DNA from: Eledone cirrhosa
Lineage: Eukaryota
Length of the DNA: 64,000 nt
Assembly (NCBI GenBank): GCA_964016885.1
Contig: OZ024741.1
Location: 356,748,001-356,812,000 of the forward strand
Direction of reading: 5' to 3'
Shown: positions 26,501-38,460 of the stretch, piece by piece
Layout: every line of letters begins with the position of its first letter
How positions within the stretch are numbered: the first letter of the stretch is position 1
The notes under the pieces: generated by a model
Seen by the model: the letters and a program-made list of their open reading frames with translations, nothing else
Database searches by the model: none
Told to the model about the DNA's origin: nothing
Position numbers and translations under genes: made by a program

Positions 26501-27365
26501 TGTCTATGAAGCTTATCTATTCAACCACACACACAGATCACGAATTTGTGGTCGGTGTAGTCGACTATCTTGAATTGTGGACAGCCTATGCTAGACGTAT
26601 CTTCCCGACAAAATACCCTATCTAGGTATGATCTGGATGACCCGATACGGTTTGTCCAAGTCCATATTGGCACATTCGGGAAATCCAACCGGTACCTGTC
26701 AGACAGTCGAAAACATCTGAGCAGGTTTGTAAGACTTTTACACCCTCCTCCCCTATCCGCTAATCCCACACAGTCCCAGTATGCATCTAAGATCCAGTTC
26801 CAGTCGCTCACTAACACTAAAGAGCGGGACGTTCCAAGAAAGGTCTCAAGATACCGGAAGAAGTCAGGCCGTCCTGCTCCTGTTGGGGCATAGACGGCCA
26901 CTAGCCTGAAAGCTTGCCCTTCTCTGCTGGTCACGTCCAGCACCACCAACTTACCTTCTGGGTCCAAGAAGACGGCCTGTATCCCGAGATCCAGACTTCT
27001 CCGGATCAAACACAGCCCCCCCCCCCCACACACACACACGATCCGGGACGGCTTGGAGATGTGTACACCTCGTAGCCGCCGAAAATGGGTGCGAATGCCC
27101 GTGCCTCGGAGATTCTGGTCTCGCTGTTGGCACCACATCTACTATGTTTAGCGACCTGATATCGTTCAGCAGGTGGCCCTGCTTCCAAGACGACCCCAGG
27201 CCACGTGCATTTATGCTACCTATCCTGAGAGAAGCCATGTTGGCTAGGATAGAAGGAAAACAAGTGAGAGGGGAAAAGTAAAAAAAAATTACCTATGACT
27301 CTTTTTTAGGAAGGAGGTGGGTGATCCATCCCTCCGACCAGTGGCGGGTTTCTCCACGAGAATGT
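23590..27365 (-). mobile_element. Tx1/L1-clade LINE: near-complete but frameshifted ORF2 (APE-RT-CCHC), 5'-truncated in ORF1
   Basis: MASLRIGSINARGL, VYAP, SYLDR, TDHK (APE); KSPGLDGLPYELY, LDQSKAFDRVDH, AYADD (RT); CPRC..ESVLHALVQC; 3' AATAAA(GAAA)n. Confidence 0.9.
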
Positions 27366-27947
27366 CTGTGAATATTGTTTTAGTGATGTTCCCTCGGTAG
27401 TCTCCAATTGATGTGAGGAACATTTTTTTTAATGTCATGTAATTTTTTGGGGTGATTTCTATTATTTTTATGTGTGTGTGTGTGGGGGGGGGGGGGGGGG
27501 GTGCAATGTTGGTGGTCTGTACGTAGTTTGTTTCTGTGATGTTGGTGTGGTGTTGAATGTAATTTAAAAGCTTTGTGTTGTCTGTGTCTATGGCTGTGTA
27601 TTGTGTCTGCTGTTATAATAATAAATAAAAATAATTTTTTCATAACGAAAAAATATTTTCCTTTGACAGCAAAGCTTTCATTTTTTTTTTTTTTTTTTTT
27701 TTTTTGTGTATAAAGCATATAATATATATTTTTATTGTATGGTATGGTGTGAAGCCGTAAATCCTGAAGAAGTAGTAGGGGCGCCATATTGATATACGGC
27801 GTTTATAGAGCATTTTTTTCAAACTAGCGGTGCCCATCTTCTCTCCAGGCCTGAATACAGTAAATTTCTTCTAGAGAAAGAATAAGAGAAAGGAAGTGAG
27901 AAAGATATATAAAGAAAGAATCGCCCTCAGTACTATACACGCCCCTA

Positions 27948-28175
<228 letters not shown>

Positions 28176-29151
28176 ATGTGAGTGTGTGTATCCCGGGTTC
28201 AATCGGGGCTTACTACAGTAAGTAAAGTAAGGTACTCAATACATAGCAGAGTACAAATATTTAATATAGAAATGGCTTCTACAGGACTAGAATTGTTTTA
28301 TATATATTGAGTGAAGGCGTGTGGCTGAGTGGTCAGAGAATTGGATTCGCAATCGTGAGGTTGTGAGTTCGATTCCCGGACCGGGTGGTGCGTTATGTCC
28401 TTGGGCAAAATGCTTTATTTTACGTTATTCCTTCTACCTGGAGTTGCGTCCGATATGGAAACGTTGTTTCCTCGGTCCGATTTGACGAAAGTCGATCGAC
28501 TGTCTATATATATATATAGTGCCATCAACTGGTCCCACAACCCATCCGTGTTTGTTCAAGTGCCTATACATCGATATTTCGGATCAGAAATCCCGGGATA
28601 GTATAAGGGTTTAGAGTTTTCTCCCTTACATTAGGTAATGTTGTAGAATGTAATGGTGAATTTTACAATTTTTTCTAATTTCAAAAAAATATTTTCGTAA
28701 CGGCACTATTTAAAACTGTATAATATACGAAGCCGTTTATAATGCTTTCAATAATTGTTTCTACTTTTGGCACAAGGCCAGCAATTATTCCAGTACATTA
28801 CTGCTACTTTATTTTATCCACCCCATAAGGATGAAAGGCAAAGTGAACCTCGGCGGGATTTGAACTCAGACTATAAAGGTCGTAACACTATGCTGCAAAG
28901 TATGGCATCCGACCTTCTACCGATACTGCTAATCCCCCCGCCCATGCTTTCAATAATGATGGCATTGCATTTGAACGTATTTGATTTTAGTATATACTTT
29001 AGTATATACTAGTATATATGGCCCGGCGTTGCTCGGGATTTGCTCTAGGGTTCTTATGTATTTTATATATATTTATCCTTATCGAGCCTCGTGAAATAAA
29101 TACGTTTGTTTATATTTTTTTTTATTTTGTATGCAAAAATACACGAATATA

Positions 29152-29190
<39 letters not shown>

Positions 29191-29198
<8 letters not shown>

Positions 29199-29768
29199 AT
29201 GCTTTTGGAGGGTCATGTTGCCAATAAGAAACACACGCACCAGTTGCTTTCACTCCAATTTATTATAAATTAAATTTATAAATTTAAGAATTCATAAATT
29301 TCAGGTTGGTTGGTTGGTTCCATAACCGGACGGTTGTTCATATATTGTCAAAGTTCTTTCGTCACACATTCTGTGACCTCTTCAGTGACTGCAGATTCTT
29401 TGTTTTGTGTCTCTCCTTTGTTCTGTCCTACGCCATCTTGTTTTTGACACACAAAAACAAGATGGCGTAGGACAGAACAAAGGAGAAGCACAAAACAAAG
29501 AAAAGAATCTCCAGTCACTGAAGAGGTCACAGAATGTGTGACGAAAGAACTTTGACAATATATGAACAACCGTCCGGTTATGGAACCAGCCAACCAACCG
29601 GAAATATATGAATTCTTAAATTTATAAATTTAATTTATAATAAATTGGAGTGAAAGCAACTGGTGCGTGTGTTTCTTATTGGCAACATGACCCTCCCAAA
29701 GCATAACAATATCGGTTTCAACACGCGTTTTCAGATAAAGAATCTTGCTAAACAAATTCAGAAACGAA
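29191..29768 (+). mobile_element. Fold-back Penelope-like element: ~256-bp inverted arms (5-nt loop 29447-51), each containing a hammerhead core, plus 55-bp tail, in (TA)n
   Basis: Arms 29191-29446 and 29452-29712 are reverse complements with few mismatches. Confidence 0.75.
29514..29556 (+). ncRNA. Minimal type I hammerhead ribozyme (mirror copy on - at 29347-29389)
   Basis: GTCA-CTGAAGA-G-GTCACA gaatg TGTGAC-GAAA-GAAC-TT-TGAC: stem I, core, stem II and GAAA all present. Confidence 0.75.
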
Positions 29769-29789
29769 ATATATATATATATATATATA

Positions 29790-30434
29790 TAGAATTAGTA
29801 TATTTACCAACATATGCGTACAGATGTACACTAATGCTAGAAAATACATAAGTTATGTCATAGTACCTAGGTAGTACTATAAAATTTTCTTATTTTACGT
29901 CTTTCATATAATTGTTCTGCATCCCCCTGCATAGAACCACCTAGGTACTATGACATAACTTATGTATTTGATAGCATTAGTGTACATATGTACGCATATG
30001 TTGGTAAATATACTAATTCTCTATATTTATCTCCAAATTATTTATTTGTTGAGCAAACTTGCCAAATCCACTGCTAATTCAGTGTAGTGGTAGTAGGCTC
30101 TTGTCATACTACCACCCCACTCCTACCGACTAGCCTCAGTGTCACGTGATTGATTCTTTAGAATCTGCCACTTGACCAGAGACAGTGAACTTTTTCAGTG
30201 CTATGGAATTTAGTCCCCGCTAGCTGTTCCATCCACTGAATTATTATTTTTATGAGTTCCTAGTGTCCGCGCATCGCCTGGGAACTTAGCTGAGAATAGA
30301 CTCCCTGATGACGTAATGAATTCTCGATAGTTACATTGCGTAACTATATTTATCCCATTACAGAAACTAATTAGTTGGAGTGAAAATTTTAGTAAGTTGA
30401 TTTTTAATTTTTAAAAATTTTCTTATTTTACGTC

Positions 30435-30442
<8 letters not shown>
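29790..30442 (+). mobile_element. Second Penelope-like remnant with inverted arms (29790-29880 / 29931-30019), duplicated tail and degenerate hammerhead (30305-30343)
   Basis: AAAATTTTCTTATTTTACGTCTTTCATATA occurs at 29881 and 30414; CTGATGA-CGTAATG..CATTGC-GTAA; flanked by (TA)n. Confidence 0.55.
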
Positions 30443-30514
<72 letters not shown>

Positions 30515-31118
30515 CAGTACAGAGAAGTACGGAATACCTCGGCCTCGGGATAGTGTCTATATTTTGTGCTTATAAAAAAATTCGTCGTAGATTACCAGGG
30601 GTTTTTTTTTCCGTGCGAAGAAAATCAATATTTTATCGCGAAATAAATACTTTTGTTTATATTTATACACGAATATATAATTATATATATATATATATAT
30701 ATACAGTGAGAAAATTTGCTCCGAACGAACTATCCATGTCCGAAGGAACCTGCAGCCGTAGAATCAGCCAGATCCATACAGTGATCATGTCTCGAGCTAC
30801 CTGCTGGCGAAACAATTGTAACACGGAATAAACTGAGTCCAGATGCATCACTGATTTTTCGTTTTTTTATACTATACTATCCACACTCTACTCTGTATGA
30901 ATATTGAGTGCTAATTTTGGCATACCGCCTATGGAAGCACCATAGCTACCATTATACACAAGTATATATATATATATATATATATTAAAATAACAGATTA
31001 AATTTTAAAGTTTAAGCAAAGAATCGCTGCTTTCACCCTTAACGGGATCTTCTGAAACTAAAATTTAAAAAATCAATCTGTGAACGCAGAAGTAAATATT
31101 TCGAAAAACGTTACACAC

Positions 31119-31180
<62 letters not shown>

Positions 31181-32674
31181 CACTATAAATACACACACAC
31201 ACACACCGCGTCATTATGTTGTAATGCAGACAGCCAGACATACAGACAGATATTATAAGGGCGCAACGTTATATCTATGTATCTATCTAAAAAGGGAAAG
31301 ACTAAGAATTATAGAGAGAGATCGCTAAATTGCATAATGCGGTCCCTAGGGCATTGAACATTTGAAATATTTTTTGCTCAAAACACTCACAGGACCATAA
31401 GTATTACATGCGTAAAGTTTGAAAATCGGTTGGGTGGTTCTCGAGTTTTAATGAGCGGACAGACAGACAGACATTCTCTGTTTTAGATATATAGATACCA
31501 TATATACTCAGCTTACTGAATCGATGAATAATCATATAAACTGGGAAATTTGCTCTTTGATAAATTTGTGGTTTGCAAAAGAGAAACCCTATAGTTTATA
31601 TTGATTACTGATACGTGGAAGTGATTAAATATTGTTGGCTGTACACCTTACTGGTGTATCACATGTGATGTTCGGGAGGGTCCTTGATTATTCCAGCGCC
31701 TTAAACTCGCTATCACCCGGAAATTTGAAAGAGTTACTGACGGAGATATATAGGTTGCGTATATTGAGGCTGGTGATTGTCACTTGTTTTTTAATTTAAT
31801 AACATTTGATGTAAACGCAGAGTAAAAAAAATATTTTGAAGGAGTGTGGGGAGAGAGAGAGAAAGAGAGAGGGAGCAGTAGTTGGAAGAATAATGTGAAG
31901 ATGAGAAGAAAGGGGAGAATTAAAGAGAGTGCGTGAGACAGAGAGGGGGGGGGGAGAAGCAGCGGGACCTTTCTTTTTACCTCGTCATCTCCACTTTAAT
32001 TGTACGTTCATTCATTCTACAACCTTTTCTCCCATTTTTATCTTATGTATCATTATCACCATCATCATCATCTCCCTCTCTCTCTCTATTTCTTTCCTTT
32101 TTCTTTTTCTATTTATCCCAAATTGTAGAAATCTTATAACGAAACGGCCGTCTGGACGGAAAGAGATATCTATTTAATAATGTCTCATATAAAATAATAC
32201 AACCAGTTATCCACGAAATACTGATTAGTTAGCAATTTATTTGTGCTCTCGCTGGGCTTTTTAGTTTTAGGATGGTTAGAAATTTTGAATTTAATACCTG
32301 TATGTATAACTTTTCAATTCCAATTACTTGTGCCAAGCTAACTTAGGTATGTAAATTTGGAGGGTTTGCTGTGTATTCTAATTTTTTGTGTATGAGTGGG
32401 CCTCCAAACCTGATGTGTCTCAGGCACACCAAGGTCTAACTCCAGCCCTGCCTATAACTCAGTAGAATGCAAAAATGTAAACAAGCAAGGTACAGATCCA
32501 CCCACCCAACACCCGGCCTGCCTGAGCACTAAGTAGAGTGTGGGAATGTAAATAATCATCTGGGAGCTCAGTAGCTCTGCTTGAGTACTGACATGGCCTG
32601 TGAACACCTGAGTGATCAACCCTTGCTAGCAGGGATTGTTATATGAGAAATAAGATGAAGAGAAATCAACTCAC

Positions 32675-32885
32675 GGTGTGCACACATGGTAGACAGCGCC
32701 ACGAGGGCATTTCTATGAACAATTCTGTCTTCATTTTTCATCAATTCCAAAAGTGGTTCACAGGCATTCAGATCTAATAGGGTTTTTTTGTTCTCATCAT
32801 CTGAAAATATAAAATAAAGGGAGATGGTTGCTTTTGACAGGAGGAGCTGCTGGAAGGTGGGCATGAGGACTCTCTATGTATAAAC

Positions 32886-32925
<40 letters not shown>

Positions 32926-33316
32926 TATGGCTGGTCTAACCTCAGTACCTGACAATCTATCTAACCAATGGAAGCAAGTAAAATAGGTATTGAATGGTGG
33001 TGGTGATGGTGGTGGTGGTGGTGAAGGAGGACATCTTTGTAATGACTTGTGTGAATGAGTGTGTGAGATTTGCTATGTTCTCTGGCCAGACACATAACAG
33101 GTGAACATCACACAGGAAAATTCAGTCCGGACATGTATGGAGAAGCAAAGGTAGGTCCCTTTGCTTCTTACGACAATAAATAAAAATAAACTACTTACTT
33201 TTAGCCACAAATCTATATATGGATTCACAAGCATGTGCCTGTACTTCAGTTTCAGAACTGGCCAGCATTAAAATAGCTGTTCTAGCTTGTTTAGCTTCAA
33301 TCACTAATGGATCAAA
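32675..33316 (-). CDS. ARMC3: ARMC3 (armadillo repeat-containing 3) fragment: two exons, 33316-33199 and 32800-32675; possibly a partial duplicate or pseudogene
   Basis: FDPLVIEAKQARTAILMLASSETEVQAHACESIYRFVAK/NDENKKTLLDLNACEPLLELMKNEDRIVHRNALVALSTMCAH matches my recollection of the ARMC3 N-terminus (FDPLMIESKKAATVVLML..ACEAIYKF..ENKTTLL..EDKIVRRNA); canonical splice sites, phases 0/1/1. Confidence 0.82.
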
Positions 33317-33531
33317 CTGAAATGATAATTATTTGTATTAGAAATTATTTATTTTATCATGCTTCATTGAATGTACAATTAGTATTGCCTGTGTGAAGTG
33401 ATCATTCCTGCGCATGCGCGTTCGTACGGTTGTCCCTCCTGTTCCGTATAACCATGTCCATTACGAGCTGATCATCCGCTAGGGTGAAACAACTGTTCTC
33501 GGTATGGTGAACTAACTGTTGTGTAACCACT

Positions 33532-33616
<85 letters not shown>

Positions 33617-33671
33617 TTCAAATATTAACAAAATAGATATTCTTGTGATCAATTAAATTTTATTATACATA

Positions 33672-33714
33672 TTTCAGAGGTACTGAATCAAATTCAACAG
33701 CACGTCCTCATCAG
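33672..33714 (-). ncRNA. Degenerate hammerhead core in a probable Penelope pLTR remnant (~33615-34050)
   Basis: CTGATGA-GGACGTGCTG..CAGTACCTCT-GAAA; imperfect stem II; abuts (TA)n. Confidence 0.5.
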
Positions 33715-34054
33715 ATAAAATAAAATGATACATGACATACCCTGACATGTTAGATGGTTAAGATTTAATCAAGGTAGTGATTAACTTAAGAGAAAACTCA
33801 ATATTTATACCCTAATATTGAGAACATGAGAAAATGTAATAGAATCAATAGAGAGAGTGTGAGTAAGAAAAACATTGCCTTAATGCAACAGTTATGGAAT
33901 TTTTTAAATTTGAAATACTACTATAGAGAAAATTATAGAGAAATACTGTAGAGAAAATTATAGAGGAAGACGTATCTGGAGTTATAATTTATTTAGTATT
34001 TAGCTTGAAAAGACAAATGATAGATAATTAAAGAGAGGGAGAGACAAAGGGGAG

Positions 34055-36335
34055 ATCCCACTACATCTCTTGTGTACCCATTGTTTGCATTTGGAGCAGA
34101 GGATGGAGTTCCTACCTACACCTTTCCTACATACTGAGCATGGCCATTTCCCTGGGGGGGATCTGGGTTCTGTTTTCTCGTCTACTTACAAGGACCTTAT
34201 TCTTTGTCAGGTTGACTTTGAGACCCTTTCTTTCTAGTCCCTGCTTCCATGTTTGGAATTTCTTCTCTAGTTCTACCATAGATTCAGCTATAAGTGCGAG
34301 GTCATCTGCATACAGGTGTTCCTATGGGCATCCGGTTTTAAACTCCTCCATTATTGCCTGCAAAACTATGATGAACAGGAGAGGGCTAAGAAAAGAGCCC
34401 TGGTGGACACCGACCTGTATGCTAACTTCCTTGCTATGGTCATTGCTATTCCTAACTTTGTTGACTGCTCCCCTATACATGGCTTGTACAGCTTTCACAA
34501 GCCATTCATCTACTCCTAGTTTTCTAAGAGCCCACCAGATTATAGCACGGGGAACTCTGTCAAAGGCTTTCTCCAGATCGACAAATGCGAGGTAGAGTGG
34601 CTTACATTTAGCTAGGTACTTTTCCTGTAACTGCCTCAGAAGGAAGAGGGCATCAGTGGTGCCTTTTCCTGGCACAAACCCAAATTGCATCTCATCTAGT
34701 TTCACCCGGTCCCTAATCCACTGTGCTATAACTCTTTCTGTTACTTTCTAGTGCATCACCTTTACCCTTGTAGCAGTTGACAATGATGCTGCTGCACCAA
34801 TCCTTTGGTATGACACCTTCTAGTATTGCCTGGTTAACAATACGTGTGGTTATGGTGTGACCTACAGACCCAGATGCCTTCAACATCTCGGCAGCTATAC
34901 CCGATGGACCGGTCGCCTTCCCCGTCTTCATATCTTTGATTGCCTTACTTACTACGCTGCTGTTAACTTGTACTGCTGGCCCCTCTATACTTGGGGTAGG
35001 GTCTCTTCTTCCCATGCATTCTCCTCATTTAGTAATCTATCATAATGGTTCTTCCACGCATCTTTCTTCTCAGCACTTGTGAGGACAAGCTCACCATTAT
35101 CATTCCGGATACACTTCTCTCCAATGACATCACAATTCTCTCTGACACACTGCCTCGCAATCTTGAACACCTCCTGTTTCCGGTCCTCACGTTGCAAGAC
35201 ATGCTTGAATTTTCTATCCTCCGCTTCCCTTCTAGCTAAATATACTTGTCGCTTAGCTTCCCTCCTGGTCTCTATGTAATGTACCCTGCTTCCCCGTTCT
35301 TCCATTCTTTCCATGCCTGTCTCTTAGCCTTAACTGCCTCATCTACCTTATTGTTCCACCACCAAGTCACTCTCCTTCTGCCTGTGGTCTTGCTCCAACT
35401 ACAGATCTCATCCGTCGCCTTTAGTAAGTTATTTTTTAGGAACTCCCAGTGCTCTTCTACATTGAATGTCTCTATCTGTTCTTCTTTACTGTCATAGGCG
35501 TTGAGTAAAAATCTTTAAATCTGTTACTGGCTGAGGGGTCTTTCAGCTTCCAGATCTTTCTTCTCCAAGTTGCCTTCTGTTTCCAAGTTCGTCTAGTTCT
35601 GACCGTGAAGTCGCTGGCAATTAAGTTATGTTGGGAGGTACATTCCTCACTAGGGAAGGCTTTTGTGTTTACGACCATCCATCTGTCACGTCCTCTGATG
35701 AGGATAAAATCTATCTGACTAGAATGCTCCCCTGATCTATAGGTGATCAGATGGTTGTCAGGTTTTTTGAAGTTTGTGTTACATATCGACATGTCATTGG
35801 CGTCACAGAATTCTAGAAGCCTGAAGCCTTCTTCATTTCTTGTGCCAAACCCGTGGCCTCCATGGACTCTATAGAAGCCGTCATGGTGTCTTCCTACGTG
35901 TCCGTTAAAATCTCCTGCAATGATTAGGAAGTCATTGTCGTTTGTTAGGGCAGTAGTGTGCATTAGGGACTCGTAAAACCTATCCTTAAGTTCATCTGGC
36001 AACCCCGATCGGGGTGCGTAAGCTGATATTATTGTGGTAATTGTTTTATTCAGGACTAGTCTGAGTTTAATGATTCTTGCGTTTACCCTGTTCACTGAGA
36101 TTACCTTATCTACCCATTTGTCAGCTAGTAGGATACCTACACCACCCATCCCATTGTCATTTCCCACCCAGAAGAATTTGTAGCACTGACTTTTGCCTAC
36201 AAGGACTCTAGCGGACTCTCCTACTCATCTAGTCTCTTGCACACAGCCAGCATACATCAATTTCCTTTCGCTCTAGCATCTCTACGATTTCACCTGCTCT
36301 TCCTTTCATTGTGCTTACATTGATAGTTCCAACTC
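34055..36335 (-). mobile_element. RTE-clade LINE ORF (APE-RT with PHD-like finger), frameshifted, internally deleted and 3'-truncated
   Basis: GVGILL, SAYAP, GDFNGHVG, SQIDFIL (APE); QFGFVPGKGTTDA, AFVDLEKAFDRVPR, QGSFLSPLLF, YADDL (RT); PCSVCRKGVGRNSILCSKCKQWVHKRC. Confidence 0.9.
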
Positions 36336-36724
36336 AGAGTTTTGGGCATTTGCTGACATTCGGGGGAAAGGGTAAATTTTTGCGGGGGTGTGTGTATGCT
36401 TCCTGTCTCTGAATTAAAGCTTCGCATGGGGGCTTGGTAACTTGTGGATTCATATTCATTTATTAATTCGGGGTTGCTCTATTTATCTTCAGCTCATCTA
36501 TACATAATGGTAATAGAATTCAGGGCTAGAATAATGATGGCAGGGTTTGTATATATATATGTATATATAGGGCCTTAAGCTTCACACTATAAATACATTA
36601 TCTTTATAATGCATTTGTAGTGTAAAAAAGAAATATAATGATACAATGCTTACAGAATGAAAGCACAAACAAATATAATGTGGTGGAGCTTAATATCCTC
36701 TGGGGCTGGATACCCCCGTTTGCC

Positions 36725-37200
36725 CTATATATCATCCCACCCACACAAAACTCCATATCCAACTCCTATTTCCTTCATCTCCGTCAGCTCTGTAGCCAGG
36801 ACCATGATCTCGAGACCCAGTCCCAACACATGGCCTCTCGCTTCATCCAGCCTGGATACGCCCCCTCCCCCCCTGCCACTGATCCTAGCTGCCCTTACCC
36901 ACGCCCATGAAACCAACTACCACAACATTTACACCAGACCACTGCTCCTAACACCCGCCTTCCTTTCTCCCTCATCTACCACCTCACTTTTCCAGCGACA
37001 TATCCTCTTTTGATTCCGCACCCTCTCTTCAGACCACATCTCTCTCGCTTCTTTCCAAACTTACCCACCACCGCCTTTAAGTGCACCTATAATCTCTGCG
37101 ACCTTCTGGTACTGCCCACTTCCTCTATCTTTCTATTTCTTCTTTAACTTGTCATTCTATTTTCTGATGAAGGACTAGCGTCCGAAACGTTCAGACTTTT
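36725..37200 (+). mobile_element. Penelope-like (Neptune/Poseidon-type) remnant ending in a hammerhead
   Basis: NSISNSYFLHLRQLCS (cf. SIPxSQFLRLRRxCS) and AFKCTYNLCDLLV (cf. AFKRxxNLRDxLV). Confidence 0.65.
37161..37194 (+). ncRNA. Minimal hammerhead ribozyme
   Basis: CTGATGA-A-GGAC tagc GTCC-GAAA-CGTTC; palindromic AACGTT stem III typical of PLE hammerheads. Confidence 0.7.
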
Positions 37201-37299
37201 TTCCTACGTTCGTTTGTATTAGTCCAGGCCGGGTTAAACTTCTGATATTCCTGGGTCCTTCCAGTTACATAACAGAAACTTTGCAGCATGGGAGCAGTG

Positions 37300-38070
37300 A
37301 TTAAAAAGTTGGATCTCATGTTAAGGAAAGTATTGTTGCATAACCTAATGCCTAGCTAAGCGTGAGTCCTTTTTCACCTTTAAGGATCACGAGGCCAATT
37401 TTGCTACTAACCCCACTTGTAGGCTGTTGAACCCAGCACAGATAGAGATGGGGCTAGTTAGCAAATCTATTCTTAGAGGACTAGTTAGGACCATCAGAAA
37501 GAAACCCAACTTGTCCCAATGGGACAAAGCTATATGCACCCAGTTCGGTATAGAGAACTTCTACTTGATGACCCTGCTGGATAAAGCGTTGGTTCACCAC
37601 TACATACACCTCCGTCTATGACTTGGATAGACAACTCATTACCTACTGCAGAAAAACCCTCCTCGTCACTAATGGTGTCGTCTGGGCAAAATAAATCAAC
37701 TACCTCAGAACTATTCAATGTCTCAATGGATTTGGTTGGATTATATATATTAGATATGCTGCACGTTAAATTCCAGGTCTTCCACACGGGTTTATACTGT
37801 GATAACGGTCTAATCCTATTGAGCCATAAAAGTAGTCATAACTATGACCGATTCAGGAAAAATCTGATAGCCATGTCACCCACCTACAGTCTTTAAAAAC
37901 TTTGTTAAAAGCATCAGCACTAGGATTTCTCATCCTTCTTCCTACAAGGCTATTTTTGACAGAATGGCACCTTCCCATAACACTGCATTAGCCAACAGTG
38001 ACTTCCCTGATAAAATTTTTTACTCCGCTTCTATTCACAGTACCAGCAAAAAGAAAAGTAGAAATTAAAA
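37300..38070 (+). mobile_element. Decayed Naiad/Chlamys-type Penelope-like RT fragment
   Basis: FKDHEANFATNPTCRLLNPAQIEMGLVSKSIL, LSQW, DLVGLYIL, GLYCDNGL (cf. GLYRDDGL), with deletions and frameshifts. Confidence 0.65.
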
Positions 38071-38460
38071 AATTACAGGATCGATAAAATAAAGTACCAG
38101 TAATGCACTGGATTAATTGCTGGCCTTGTGCCAAAAGTAGAAAGAATTATACATATTATTTCAATGTATAATTCAAAATAAATACAATTTAAACCACAAA
38201 AAATAACTCAGCAATAAAAAAAAAAAAGGAACAAAACGAAAAAACTCAGTGAATGTATATTTGATCATGAATTTTGAGACTGAAACATCTGAACTTTATT
38301 GGATGTGGCTCTTACATTAAGCAAGTTTGGCCACCCATGATAGATATGATATATACACATTACGTGTTGCTATCTGATCTCTTTGCAAGGTACAGGCGCA
38401 TGTATGTATATGTATATGTATGTGTATGTGTGTATGTATGTGTATGATTATTGTAGATCA

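Larger units (their letters stand above)
29009..31495 (-). mobile_element. Non-autonomous Helitron hosting nested Penelope-like insertions
   Basis: Minus strand A|TC(TATATATC) at 31495 ... hairpin CCCGAGCAACGCCGGG + CTAG|T at 29009; segments at ~30980-31110 and 31210-31265 match the Helitron at 38461-39625. Confidence 0.65.

Noticed and set aside
24230-26893. Plus-strand ORFs over the Tx1 element (likewise over the Gypsy and RTE)
   Set aside because: Antisense shadows of GC-richer TE coding sequence
27773-27830. CTGAAGA as a hammerhead core (also CTGATGA on - at ~23079 and the GCCGAAA hairpin at ~62210)
   Set aside because: No correctly placed stem II + GAAA or no complete core
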